From positions 126,356,001 to 126,420,000 of the forward strand of contig NC_042999.1 in the NCBI RefSeq assembly GCF_006345805.1: a stretch of DNA of 64,000 nt. Direction: 5' to 3'. A program made the translations under genes and the position numbers. The notes under the pieces are model-generated. The model made no database searches. It was not told where the DNA came from and saw only the letters and a list, made by a program, of their open reading frames with translations. The stretch comes from Octopus sinensis. Lineage: Eukaryota. This document shows, in pieces, positions 37,957 to 51,865 of the stretch. Positions within the stretch are counted from its first letter, which is position 1. Each line of letters opens with the position of its first letter.

Positions 37957-39449
37957 TACATGTATAAATATATATATATATATATATACATATATGTATG
38001 TATGAGTATGTATATACATATATGTATGTGTATATATATATATATATATATGTGACCTGTTTGTTCTTTCGTTTTTTATTGTTGTATTCTATATATGTAT
38101 ATGTTTGTTTGCGCATTTTATGTGTTGGATTGTAGTATGTATTTATATCCATAACATCCTCTTTCCAACCACACTAGCAACATCAGCGCCGATAAAAGTT
38201 CATTGTATTCATGGTAAAGGTGTTGCTTTGTCAAGTTTTAGATAAATATTTACAGCCATCAAACAATCAAATTCCATATACATTCGTATTTAAGCGCGTC
38301 TATGCAAAAGAACGCGTGTGTGTGTCTATGCCTGTGTATACTGTATTACCCATCGTTATATATATATATACACACACATGGGACGCCCGCAATTAAACCG
38401 GCGCTTGCTTTGAAATGCATACACGCATATAGTGATACAGACAGACCAGCACAGAATGAGAGGGTGAAAAGGAAAATCTAAGATGTGGAGGGAAAAACAA
38501 TCTCTTTAATTCCGACAGCACAGACACAACGTTTACATTAAGTGCATGGTAGGGGATGTCGTGAAATGTTGTTTGGTGAAAAACCCATCAAGATGACGGA
38601 TGATAATAGAAGCTCTCTGAAAATGCATATCGTCAGAGGTATTTGATTTTTAGCCACGGATGAAGCAATCTCATCTAATCCAGTAACTGATTCATTCTTA
38701 AGTGTCTTCGGTCTGTTTCCTTCCATGCTTTCAGCAAATGAAAGAGACACTGAGGTGAGAGGGAGGAAAAGTAAGAGAGAGAGAGAGAGAGAAGTGACTG
38801 AAAGAGAGCAAACAATGATGTGAGTAGGAATATGGGGATGGTGGGAGACGAGAGAAAAGATAGAAAGAAAGAAAAAAGAAAAAAGATGGCAGAAAACAAT
38901 GGTTTCTTTTTCCACTCCTCTAAACAACTTAAATGAATGCCTCAGTATCCCTCCCTCTATTTCAATAATCCTGTATATTCCTTATGTCATGTTGCTGTTA
39001 TTGATGGTGATGTTTGCTCGTATCATGTCTTTGTCGTTTGCTAATGCTGTTGTCGTTATTGTTGACAACTGGTGACGAGGGTAGCAACGCTGGCAGTGTA
39101 AACTGCGGAGAGGATGAGATCAAAATTGGAGCATTAAAGAGAAAATAATGTAGATGTCGATCAAATAAAAAAGACAGTCATAAGCTATCTTTTAGGTCAT
39201 GCAATAATGTCTACCGACACAATTACTCACTTCACCTTACACCTATGACGATTTGATCGTCTGCTTTTGGGGTGAAAAAATCGACAAATATCACGTATTA
39301 AGAAGAAAAGATATCTTTCTTCAGCTGTTTCTTAGTAAACCAATACTCATGTAATGTAATGGGGCCTTACTTTTGACAATGTTTCAATGATAATTAGAAT
39401 GTAAAATTTCTGTCAAATAATCTTTGTTTATCGTAATTAACAATCATGA

Positions 39450-39650
39450 AGTTCTTCAACTCCTTTACTTCTCTCATCCTCCCCACTGTGTCTCATGTTC
39501 CAAACTCCACTCAAATTACTTCACTCAATTCTTTCTCCTTCCTTTTTAAAAGTGCAGCCCTCTGGAACACTCAGTGCAAGTTTCCACCCCCACCCTACAG
39601 ACTTCAACCTACAAAAATTCAAAAATGACACCACCAAACTGGGAGAGTTT
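39450..39650 (+). mobile_element. Old LINE ORF2 C-terminal remnant
   Basis: Frameshifted NSFSFLFKSAALWNT..FP..DFNLQKFKN resembles the SFF..T..LWNSLP..FP..YNL..FK ending of jockey/CR1-group LINEs. Confidence 0.45.
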
Positions 39651-42600
39651 GCAAAGATAATGGACCCAGGTCCTCCGCCTCGAGATAAATGATAAATAAA
39701 TGATACCTGCGTTTCCTGCCAGGACAGTCGTACAGTAGTGAGTCAACGGGCTTTATATCTGTATAAATAAAAATCTGTATATCGTTGTGTCTTTTATTTT
39801 ATATGCATGTAAATTTGTGTTCTGATGAGTGAGTACGGTAAAGCTACAGTAAACAAGATAATTATCTACTTCTGATGAAACTTGAGTTTTTGTTATTAGT
39901 GCTGTTGATGTTTTTGTTGGTGGTGTTTTTGTTGTTGCTGTTGTTATTTAGATCGTCCCTGATCGTGCAAACCTATCATAGTTTCCCAGCCGTCATCATT
40001 CTGCCTACTTTTCCATATTGCTCAATATGTCCTACTCTTTTTAAAACGGTGAGGTGACATTCGAATGAGACTCGGCTGCTTATTTTCACCAGATTAGGCA
40101 TCCCCGTTACCTAGTATAAATCACGAGTTTTCTGTGAGTTTGGTTCTCATTCCGAAGACGGCTTCTCGTTATATAAACGATATCTGCTTTGGGTGCATGT
40201 ACGTGTGTGTGTGCGTGCGTATGAATGTGTGTGTGTGAGTGTACGTGCGCATGTGTGTGCGTGCGCGCGCGTGAGTATGATTGTGCACACGCATACATAT
40301 GTTCGTGGGTGTGCGTACATTCGAGCTTATGGTGGAGCATGCGGAAAGATGGGTTCCACGTTTTCCACAAAGAAAATTAATTTCGAATGGCAGCGATCAA
40401 ATTTATTTCAAGTTATTAGGTGTGGAAGAATGCAAATAATCTTGACACTGGGTTTCAGTTTTCGTATCATATTGCCATGATGAAAGCTTATATGTCGATG
40501 CGAATGTCTTATGTTGGTATATAAAAGTCAATGTATGTATGTATAAGTCAGGTCACTCTTAATGTTACTGGTAAGCTGGAACAACCTGTCGCATGGTCAA
40601 GCCGTCGGCATCTAAACCAGCAACCTCACCAAACCTGTTTGCTTCCATTGGACACCCAGCAGGACGAAAAAAAACCCCACCAAACGACGGGTAAACTCAG
40701 AAGAGTCGACGACCAACCAACAGTTGGGAGTGAGAGATTCCTAATCTTTTGTTTCGATATCTCTCTAGAGAAGGAAATTCCGAAATATTGCGAAGCCGGA
40801 GATCATCCTCTCGCTTATTTCTGGACTACTGGGCTTTGTAGGTGACAGTTTTTGCGATTTTGTGCAAGCTATTATTGACTTTAAATTTCAGCACGGACAT
40901 TGCTTACAGCCATTGACTTTAACAGCTAAGATAAGATAATTTGTCAGTGATGGTCATACTCGTCTACGAGTTGACAGCTACCATGTATATGTTTGTATCT
41001 ATGATTTTTCTTTGAGTTTTTTAAAGTTCTTCTTGAGAGAGTTCAAGCCGGTCACGGTATGTATGTATGTACCCTACATTGTTACACCTAAATAATTGAT
41101 TTTTTTATAGAATTCACCTTTTCTAGAAGAAGATTCTAGGTAAAGTGACTAATAATTTTGTTTGGCACATTTTATGAATCTCAATTTGAACTATGCTATT
41201 TGATGACATAAAATGAGCGCGGGCAATTAGATTCTCCCAAGTTTCAGCTGCGCATATCCAGGGAAATTAGTTTTTAGTGCATTAAAATACATAACATTTA
41301 TAGCATCTTCGAGTATAGGACCCGGGAAAATTTGTGAGGGAAAACAAGTACGTCTTAGCTGCATCAAAAATTGCTATCTTCTAAATTGTTTGGTTGTAGC
41401 AAATCTGAGTAAATCGACATTCCCAGATCATCTAATGGAGATTATCAACAGCTTTTCCAAGCAATTTATCCAAATAAGCAATTGTGTTTGTTTTAAGTAT
41501 CAATAAACCCGGGCAAGGATCCATCAACCGTTATTCTAATATATTAATTGCATTATAGAAGATTAATGTGAAGAATTCCTATACTTGATACGTAGCAAAA
41601 TTACGTGGGAGATGCCTACCTTATAACAAGAGCCTTCACTCGATATGCAAGAAACAGCAGTTAACTCTTTATTACTAACACCGAACAATCTTTTTTTAAA
41701 GGAGGACACCGTTCCTGAAAATAAAATGGGATGGTTATGGTTGAAATATTTTTTATCACAAGTCAAGTCAATAACCAACTGCTATGAGTGAATCTCATAG
41801 CAGATGGCTATTGTTAAAAAAAGAAACAAAAGTAGTTCTTGTATAGTATGGCAGCCTGCATTTAGCCATATGCTTTTCATGCAGAAGGCATCCTTAGAAA
41901 ATGTCCTAATGCTATTGTTTTAATTTGCTTAACCAGTGTACTTTCTTTACACAAAAGGTACTTCCTTTAGTCACTGAGATCTTGGTAGATACTGAATAGA
42001 CGAAATCTATAAGACCGAATATGCCCGGAGTTATTCTGGCGGATACCAATATTTCAATTTCAGTTTAATTTCAAAGAAAATATTTATGTAGCACACAGTG
42101 TAATTAAGAATACCTGAAATATGTATAATGCCCATAACTTTACAATTATTTAAAACATTATATTTGTTCTCTTAACGAAACAAAGATATTTGGGAATTTA
42201 TAGATTTGAAATAATTGTCCCTTATCAGAAAAGATGTACCACTATTTTTGAGCTAGCCATAACATTTAGAATCTAACTCTCAGTGATTGACATTTTCGAG
42301 AGTTATCACCCATACCTCACAGAATTAATTTTCACTAACACAAAATAATTTCTTTCATTACTGTCGCACTTAGCTATATTCATATTATTATATATATTAA
42401 TGTTTCTGTAGCATCTTAAATGTTCAACTTTTCTAGTTTCCTTAAGAAATTATTCATTATTGAACTTAGGAGTTTTGTCATAATTATTATACCGCAGTCC
42501 TATATACTGTTACCAAGCAAAATGCACAATTAGCAGTGATGCTATTACTAGAAAAGGCAGCAAAATCTTCCTCAGATTGCAGCCAGCCGTGTTTCTTTTT

Positions 42601-42859
42601 TAAGGCAATATTGGATGCAGTTGCCCTCTGCTTGAAAAAAATTGTTTAAATGATTACCACTAAAAACTGTTTAATTATAAGTATTTTCCATTAAAACTTT
42701 GGGCTAAATAACAACAGCTTCTTACTAATACTCTTCTTCCACCTAAATCCCGTCTGAACAAACGAGGGAATCCTATATGATTGTGCGGAATTCCACGGGC
42801 CAGGTAGTGTTGTTGTACCGAGCAGTGAAATGATCCTACCGCCCATCCAACTGAATTCA

Positions 42860-42975
42860 ATCTATCTATCAAATTTCATTCACAAGATTCAGGTCAGTCC
42901 AAAGTTCTGGCAAAAGACTATTATTACAGCACCGAACAATGTGATTGAACTCGGAACCATGTACTGCAAAGCGAT
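42860..42975 (-). mobile_element. Degenerate SINE-III 5' fragment
   Basis: tatcaaatttcattcacaag..gattgaactcggaaccatgt..gcaaagc. Confidence 0.5.
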
Positions 42976-43578
42976 AACTAATGACCAAACAATTTGATAG
43001 TAACAATATCAATATTTCCCTCAATTTACAATCTAATGTCTTAAAAACAGAAGACTTCGAATTACTTGGTGCTGGATATATTATGTCTGAAAAAAAAGAA
43101 AGACAGGATAGTCACGACTGGAATATATTTAATAGGTCCACATGGAAAGGAATGATCCGAGGCTAGAAGAAGTAACAATAAATACAACTGACCTTTCTGT
43201 TCCCAACAAACTTCTTTCTATACTTAACTTACAATCTTCGACAATTTTTTCATCTCCCGCAATACCTACAACTTCTTCCACTGAGTTCAGCGTCTTTTTC
43301 CTCTCAATTATATTCTCAACTTTCTTCAGACATTCCCCAACCAATGTCACGTCCAAGTTTATTTCTTTGGAAAGCTGAACACACTAAGACAATTGCCTTT
43401 ATCTGAATAACTGTGGGCCTGCTCAAATTTCAAGAAATAAATTTCACAAAATATTTGTGTTGTCAGAATACGCACCGAACGAAAATGCCACGCCTAACCA
43501 CGGCAGACAGACGGATTAGGAGTCAGGATTTCAGGAAGGTGTCTCAATTCAATACGTCTGCAAGCATATATAAGCCTA

Positions 43579-43917
<339 letters not shown>

Positions 43918-44208
43918 GATAAAGACGGTTGGACTTGATATATACATATAGACATGTAGATTTATGTAGGATATATATAGAGAGAAAAACAAAAACTGAA
44001 AATATTCAGAAACCAAACACGTATGTACAAGCATATAGACATTTATATATATTGACAAATAAATTATCATAAAGTATAAAAAATATAGAAAATTAATGGA
44101 ACCATTCAACGTTTTATAATTCGACAGCTGTTTCTAGGAGCGCGAAATTACATAATAGTTACAATGTTCATTATCATTGCTTATCTTCTGAATATTTTCA
44201 ACTTTTGC

Positions 44209-44246
44209 TTCCTCTATGTTTAGCTCCCTGTGGGCAATAAAGAAAT
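44209..44246 (+). mobile_element. ~40-bp solo tail-a stub (SINE-I or Tx1 3' end)
   Basis: ttcctctatgtttagctccctgtgggcaataaagaaat followed by (AT)n. Confidence 0.65.
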
Positions 44247-45877
44247 ATATATATATATCGAGCCTAATTGTGTTTCACTATATATCTGTATCACTATATC
44301 TGTATCAGCTCACCTGGATTCTTCTTATAGTCACTCTTTACTCCGTGGACAGAGTCCTCGATAAAAACTTCGGAATGTATGTTTAAATTATTTGAGCACT
44401 ACGACGTGTTTTCTGTATTGGGATTCTCTTGATCTCATCTGTTGACTGTGTGTGTCTGTGTATATGTGTGTGTGTATGTGTGCATGTATTGTGAGGTGGG
44501 GGTGCCCGATTACAGCGAGTAATCGTGCAGCAGGATACTCCGGTATTAAAAACTGTAGTTTTTGAATATGTAAATATATGTAAAATCGTTGACCGATGTC
44601 TAAATTTTGAAAATATCAAGTATTTAATTTTCTGAAATATTATACATTATATAAAAGCGTAAGAAAATCGATATAAGTAAAGAAGGAAATACATTAACTG
44701 AACGGAGCTTCATACGAGCTTATTGAATCAGCATGCTTTCTTTTGAGATAGTTTTATTTCAATTTTCCTTTATTCTTCTTTTCTTTGTGTATATCTTTGT
44801 AGCAACTGGATGCATTTCAACTTATCCTCTGTCTTGTGTCCTTTGTATATTTGGATCTACATCCATTATTATCTGCTTTTCATTTTCAAAAATTTTTTAA
44901 AAACCTAGACTTCAATTGAAAATTCTTTCGTTTACATCTTAACTTCATGTGTTGTCTTGATTATTTTCAACGTATGCATGTTGCTGCTTTAAATTCAAAG
45001 GGTTTTCATCGTTGAAGTCCTGATATTAACGTCATCTATTCTAAACATTCTCGTATGTAAATTGAATGTACTTTGTTACCGTCTCTCTTATGTCAGTCTC
45101 GAATCCACCAAAATTATTTATACAGTGAGGAATTATACTTTTTCCAGACCGTTTTAAGATTATTGGCCATTACCAGACACCATATATCATTAATATTTTA
45201 CTATTTATTTTTTTATGTTAAAATGGTCGTGTGCACGGTGAACAGCAAGAATCAGAACGAGAGCATGGCATATATTTTCATTCTTCATACGTTCATGTGT
45301 TATAAACACATATTCGCTTGAAAAAGTTGTTTTCCAATGACGAAATACAACAGTGCTTAGCATATTCATGTTCGAATCTGCCACAATATTATGAATGCAT
45401 ATATATGACACCGCCATCTTTATCATAAAGTTCTTCCCAAAGTCGGCAGAATTAATTACATTTTCCCAACTAGACGAATGTTTTGCGTAAGAAGTCAGTT
45501 ATGAATGTTTCAATCGTCCTTTGTTACATTAATTTTATCATTGAAAATTGATTTTAAAAATGATACAGTTAATAAGAATAATGAAAACAATAAATTTGAA
45601 ATAATCTAAATTTATATATATATATACATAGTTAATCAAATATATCCTTTGAGAATAAAGTGTACTGGATTTCAGATAAGTGCTCTTGATATGAGAAGTG
45701 TCTAAAACCTTAAAGGTATTTAGAGATTCAATTAGAGCGATTATATATTTGAGAGTAAAAGTAGGAAAAATTATATCATAAAATTCATAGTAGAGATACG
45801 TCCATAATATAAACAATATTGTATTAATAAATAAAAATATAAATTATAGCTATGGTCATTTAAAAAGATTTGACAGA

Positions 45878-45945
45878 TCTTACGATCGTTTCATGAAATC
45901 CAAAGTTGATAACCATTATTAGGAAGTATATCCACTCGTCAGAGA
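45878..45945 (-). ncRNA. Type I hammerhead motif, short-stem-II copy
   Basis: UCU-CUGACGA-GUGGA..UUCAU-GAAAC(GAUC)GU-A-AGA. Confidence 0.6.
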
Positions 45946-46090
45946 AAAGGAGGAATTTCAGTGTTGCAAATCGAATGATAGAGATGCTATGTAAAATCGT
46001 ATGACAAAGGTGTTTTTAAACAATACTTTTATCATACGATTTTAAATAGCATCTCTATCATTCGATTCACTACATTGAAATTCCTCCTTT

Positions 46091-46179
46091 TCTCTGACGA
46101 GTGGATATACTTCCTAATAATGGTTATCAACTTTGGATTTCATTTGGAAAGGTAGTATATTCATGAAACAATCGTAAGA
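46091..46179 (+). ncRNA. Type I hammerhead ribozyme motif, long stem II
   Basis: UCU-CUGACGA-GUGGAUAUACU..AGUAUAUUCAU (11 bp including G-U pairs)-GAAAC(AAUC)GU-A-AGA. Confidence 0.75.
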
Positions 46180-46308
46180 TCTCTCAAACCTTTTTAAATG
46201 ATCATAACTATACTTTGTATCTTAATCTATTAATATAATATTGATTATATTATGGACGTATCTCTACTGTGATTTTTGGGATATAATTTTCCGACTTTTA
46301 CTCTCATA

Positions 46309-46367
<59 letters not shown>

Positions 46368-46730
46368 GCACATATATGTGTGTATATAATAAATATATAT
46401 ACACACATATATATATACATATATATACATATATACATATATACGCATATACATACACACACAAACGCATACACACACATATATACATATATACATACAT
46501 ATGTATATAAAACGATATACATATGCAAGTGTATTGATACATATCCATATATGTATATATAGTTTATAGGTTAGAGGTAGGTGTTCTCTATATAGAATAT
46601 ACTTCGAAGTGCTCAAGAAATTTGAACTTGACCCAGTAGTTGAGCCTGTAGATATAATGAAAAGCAAATTAGGCGAGTCGATTTACACAGAATATTAAGT
46701 ATATTTAACAGAAAAAATGTGTATGTGTAT

Positions 46731-46920
46731 GGATATATAATAGTCCGACTTACATAAAATAAATAAATGATACCAGGAGTTAAATGGATAGAGTTTTGCG
46801 AGTCCAACAACTGTTTCTGGGAGCTTAGTGATCTGGAATAATGATAGTTAAGTATCATTATTTCGGACCACTTAACTCTTGATATCATTTATATTCTGTA
46901 AGTCGGACTATTTTATATCC
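46731..46920. repeat. ~190-bp fold-back element with ~55-bp inverted arms and an internal hairpin (MITE-like)
   Basis: ggatatataatagtccgacttaca..gagttaaatgg pairs with ccacttaactc..tgtaagtcggactattttatatcc. Inner hairpin ataatgata-gttaag-tatcattat. Confidence 0.75.
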
Positions 46921-46943
46921 AGATATATATTTAAATATATAGG

Positions 46944-47039
<96 letters not shown>

Positions 47040-47153
47040 AGTGTTTGTGTGTATATACATATATCTATATTTATACATACATGCATATATGTATGTATAC
47101 ATACGTACATACATACATACAATTCATACACACACATCCACATATATATACAC

Positions 47154-47200
<47 letters not shown>

Positions 47201-47238
47201 GTGTGTGTGTATGTATGTATGTATGTATGTATGTATGT

Positions 47239-47312
<74 letters not shown>

Positions 47313-47443
47313 CCTACCGCTGATTTTCCTTTTCTTTGACTTTCTCTTTCTCCATCTATCGTTCTCTCTATCTATCTATCTCCCCTCTCTCTCTCTCTCT
47401 CTTTCTCTGTATGTCTGTTTCTCTGTGGGTGTATGTGGGTGTA

Positions 47444-47484
<41 letters not shown>

Positions 47485-48082
47485 TGTGTGTGTGTATGTT
47501 TGTGTGTGTTTATTTGTGTGGTTGTAGGTGTTTCGCTCATATGCTCATGCACACACGCATTCACTCATCTACACTCACTCGAGCAGCGACAGATAGAAAA
47601 TAATATGGGAGAAGGGGAATATAAGAGAAAGTAAGAAAGAGTGACAGACAAGCAGGCAGACAGACAGACAACGTACAATGTGTCATAAGTATTTATTCCT
47701 CAAGTGAAATAATCAGTGAAGACTAAATCGGAAACTTAATATTAATTATCAACAATAAACTTACAGTACGTTCAAACAGTCCAGAGAGTTGATAAAAATG
47801 TTTCTTTGTCTTCGGTTTTAATCGTAATTTACTCTTCGCTAACCATAGTTTTTCGATGATGAAGTTGTTGATGTCGCCGTTGTTGTTGTACAATAATTGT
47901 TGTTGTTCTTGTCGTTTAGTGTGGTAATTGTTTTTTTGGTATTATTGTTGATAACTGTTGATTCGGTATGTTGCTGGTTCATTTATTAGTGTTGTGGCTG
48001 GCTTGGTAATTAGTTGTGCTTTCGTCGACACAGTCGAAACCTTATCAATTCTGACTAGAACTGAGTCATTATATGAGCGTCT

Positions 48083-48127
<45 letters not shown>

Positions 48128-48224
48128 TGTGTGTGTCTGTGTGTCTGTGTGTGTGCCCCCCCCCGACTCCACATATGAGTGCATGTGTGTAGGTGTTCAA
48201 AGAAAGGTTAATAAACTGTGAGTG

Positions 48225-48405
48225 GAGGCACGTGGCTTAGTAGTTAGGGTGTGGTTTCGATTCTTGGTCCGGGCGACGTGTTGTGTTCTCGAGCAAAACA
48301 TTTTATTTCACGTTGCTCCAGTCCACTCAGCTGGCAAAAATGACTAATCCTGTGACGGACCGACGTCCCGTCCGGGTGAGGAGTTTATACGCCATGGAAC
48401 CTTTA
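48225..48405 (+). mobile_element. SINE-IV
   Basis: A-box-like TGGCTTAGTAG, B-box-like GGTTTCGATTC; body shared with 2121-2420. Confidence 0.7.
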
Positions 48406-49346
48406 CCTTACCTTTACTAATAAATTATGGTCAAGTTGCGTGAAAAGAAATTCATAAGTTCTAATGACCCTACGTTATCCACCCTACAAAAACTACAGAG
48501 CCATGCTGGAACTATACGTTGTAGAGGGCGTTGTTACAAAAAGCAAAAGAATAATGATACAACACGAAAAGGTCAAGTTACTTTTGTCGGTGCAAAACAA
48601 ACCTTAGAGCTGAATGCTCTGAAAAACTGGGAAAATTAGGCAAAAACAAGGCAGATGAAAATAATGAAAAGTAACAGTAAAAAGAACAGCTAACACCATT
48701 TTCTAGAGAACCATTTCCAGTCGATATTCTGTGGACAGCAAAGACAACATCTTTAGGCACAGTATCACAAATAGATGAGCAAATACATCGTCCCATAACA
48801 GTGCCAACGCTTATCGTGCAATATGGAAGAAAGCTTTGGTACTGTTAGGAGACGACGTATTTGCGCATCTGTTTGTGAAACTTACTGTGTAATAATAGAA
48901 GAAAGTCAGTTTCTATTCTAGATCGAAATTTCCTTCATTGGAATTTTACCAACATCGACAAGGTATTTTTGCATGTGTGTGTATATCTCCAGTATTTGGA
49001 GTCAGTGCATATGCAGATTTGTATCTTCTGCTTCATGTATCTTCATTATGTAGCTGTATGCATGTATGTATATATGTATATATGTACGTACGTACGTTTG
49101 TATTTATGTACTACGTATGGATGTGTGTATGTTTGTATGTACGTATATATGCATGCATGCATGTATGTATGTATGTATGAATGTATGCATGCATATTTCA
49201 ATTATCCTTTTGATAGTTTAATTTTTACCATAAATAACACTAACGAACTAATTATATAAATTTAAAACCCCACAAGGACTTTATAATAATCTACCCTCTT
49301 TCGCTCTCTCTCTCTCTCTCTCTCTCTCCCTTTCTTTCTGCATCTT

Positions 49347-49380
<34 letters not shown>

Positions 49381-49886
49381 TTCCCTCTACCCTTACGAAA
49401 TTTTACGTTTATTTAGTTCTATTTATAATTTAAAATTTTCCCTGAAAAGGATAATTGAAATAATTCATTACATTATGAAATAAATTTTTTCTTAAGATTG
49501 TCAATTTTCAAAATGTCCGCTGTCATTACGAATATAACCCTGATGTAGTTCCCGGGTTCTAGAAATACGTTTTAATTACTCTCTAATCACATTGGCCTAA
49601 TCTGCATGTCATTGACACAACGATGTTTGGTTACATAAACAGCAGTTTTTATATGACCTTATAAAATAAGATGGATATGTTTTTATAATTTTTAAGAAGT
49701 ACATAAATGACGATAAAATTAATGTTTCAGGGTTGGAAATTTCATTTTTCTGTTTTTTACTGATTAATTTTATCATATATAGAATGAAACTTATAAAAAT
49801 TTGAATTTTAAGAGTGTTCAAGGACTTTTATAATGAGTCTGTATATACTCCTGTCTAATAATGTGTACGTATGTGTACTATGCATG

Positions 49887-49991
<105 letters not shown>

Positions 49992-50080
49992 GGATGGATG
50001 GATAGATAGAGAGAGAGACAGAGAGACAGAGAGACAGAGACAGACAGACAGACAGACAGGCAGAGACAGAGAGACAGACA

Positions 50081-50750
50081 AATATGTTTCTTTATTAGCC
50101 ACACAGGGCTGCACACAGACGGAACAGATTACAAAGTAGAGATTTTCTTTTTGGGGGAGAGAAAAAAACAGAAAAAATAGGTGGGTTAGGTTTTCGATCA
50201 AAAGGGATCGTAAAAGGGAAAGAAGAAGAAAAATAAAAAAGGGAAAAACGATCAATAGGGATCATGTATCACAGTGTCATGGTGTAAAGTGTAAAGAGGG
50301 AAGCAGATATAGTTTATCCGTGGGAAGAAAAGCCTACGGAAAAGACCACGGTAACCTCGGTCAATGATGTTATACGTTACCACATTTGTTTGCAAGTAGG
50401 TAACCCTCTGTTTTAAATTTTCCGGGTTCATAGGATTATGCTCAAGATGGCTTCGTCATTCATACGTGCCATACTTGCTACATTCACCCATCTTTTTTTC
50501 AAACATTCGCTAGACAAAACTTGCCTCTCTACTCTCACTTTCCTTTTCAAGTGATACTTGAAAAAGTTGATGAGAGATTGACCAGAGAGGAAAGTGTTTG
50601 TCTCCAATCCTTTCAGACGCGTCCACCAGATACATTCTTTCGCCATAACCACAAGGATGATGAAAATAGCTCTTCCTTCCCGTTTGAAGGAAGAAGGCGT
50701 GACAATATTGACGATAGACTCGGCTGATAAACCGACTCGTCCCACAGACA
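50081..50750 (-). mobile_element. Tx1/L1-clade LINE 3' fragment with complete 3' UTR
   Basis: ORF 50428-50751 (VMAKECIWWTRLKGL..FFKYHLKRKVRVERQVLS) is homologous to the C-terminus near 35160-35400. Ends ctgtgtgcagccctgtgtggctaataaagaaacat. Confidence 0.88.
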
Positions 50751-50754
50751 AATC

Positions 50755-50824
<70 letters not shown>

Positions 50825-50947
50825 TTATGTTTACAAAGAAAACTTCAACATAACTTCAAAGATTCAGCTGACAAACGGTTAGATAGACAGACAGACAGAG
50901 AGGCAGACAGATAGACAGACAAACAGTTAGATAGATAGATAGATAGA

Positions 50948-51053
<106 letters not shown>

Positions 51054-51726
51054 TTTATTTACAAAGAAAAGTTCAATATAACTTCAAAGATTCGGCTGAC
51101 TAGCTGTCATTAGGCTGTAATTTCCAAACCGATTTATTGTCTGAGGACGGTTTGTAAGACGAAACTTCGCATGAAACTTTCACCAGTGTGGACTAACACT
51201 ATCTTGATGTAAGCCTGAATGTTTTTCATGTTTAATCTATCTAAATAACAATTCGTAGTGTCCTGAAGTGTATGTAAGGATTTGAAGATTGAATTGTCAA
51301 AATATCACGGTTGTAGTTTATATGTGCAATATTCACTGTGTGAGAATGCGTATTTTAAGTTTAACATTTCACTGTCTGTCTTGTATTTGTGTGTATTTTT
51401 ATATTTGCAGTGTATTTTTTTCTTTTTTTTTTTCATTCGGGAGATGAAGTGAACTTGTTCATGAGAAACTCTCAATTGGAATGCATTTGCTTTATGCTAA
51501 CAGCGGCAAACATTCCTCTTGTGTAATATAACATATTTATTAATTATAAAATATTCTTACATGTAAATTCTACATAATTCCATTCTCATGCAGCGACATG
51601 GGTAATTGGCTTTTATGTCATTTGATATTAAGAAGGCCATTCTTTATCTCCCTGTTTACAAAGACAACGGGTGCTCATATAAGTGCGTATGTGCGTGTAT
51701 ATGTTTGCGTGTGCACATATGTGTAG

Positions 51727-51729
<3 letters not shown>

Positions 51730-51758
<29 letters not shown>

Positions 51759-51780
51759 TAATAATAATAATAATAATAAT

Positions 51781-51865
<85 letters not shown>
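51730..51865. repeat. (AAT)n-(CAA)n-(CAG)n
   Basis: Direct reading. Source of the poly-N/poly-Q ORF. Confidence 0.95.

Larger units (their letters stand above)
45743..46310. mobile_element. ~570-bp near-spacerless palindrome of PLE terminal repeats, third family
   Basis: 45743-46016 is the reverse complement of 46017-46310 with scattered mismatches and one ~21-nt indel. Each arm has a hammerhead core, and the right arm ends in (TA)n. Confidence 0.85.

Noticed and set aside
38538-38927. 129-aa minus ORF with a pyrimidine tract before MEGNRPKT..
   Set aside because: The first half is CT-rich low complexity; no donor site or homology recognised.
44700-45530. Cys-rich, virus-like decayed frame on the minus strand
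   Set aside because: Multiple stops and no recognisable motif; consistent with chance in AT-rich DNA.
51145-51185. Hammerhead-like CTGAGGA..GAAAC
   Set aside because: No U16.1/NUH triplet and no stem I.
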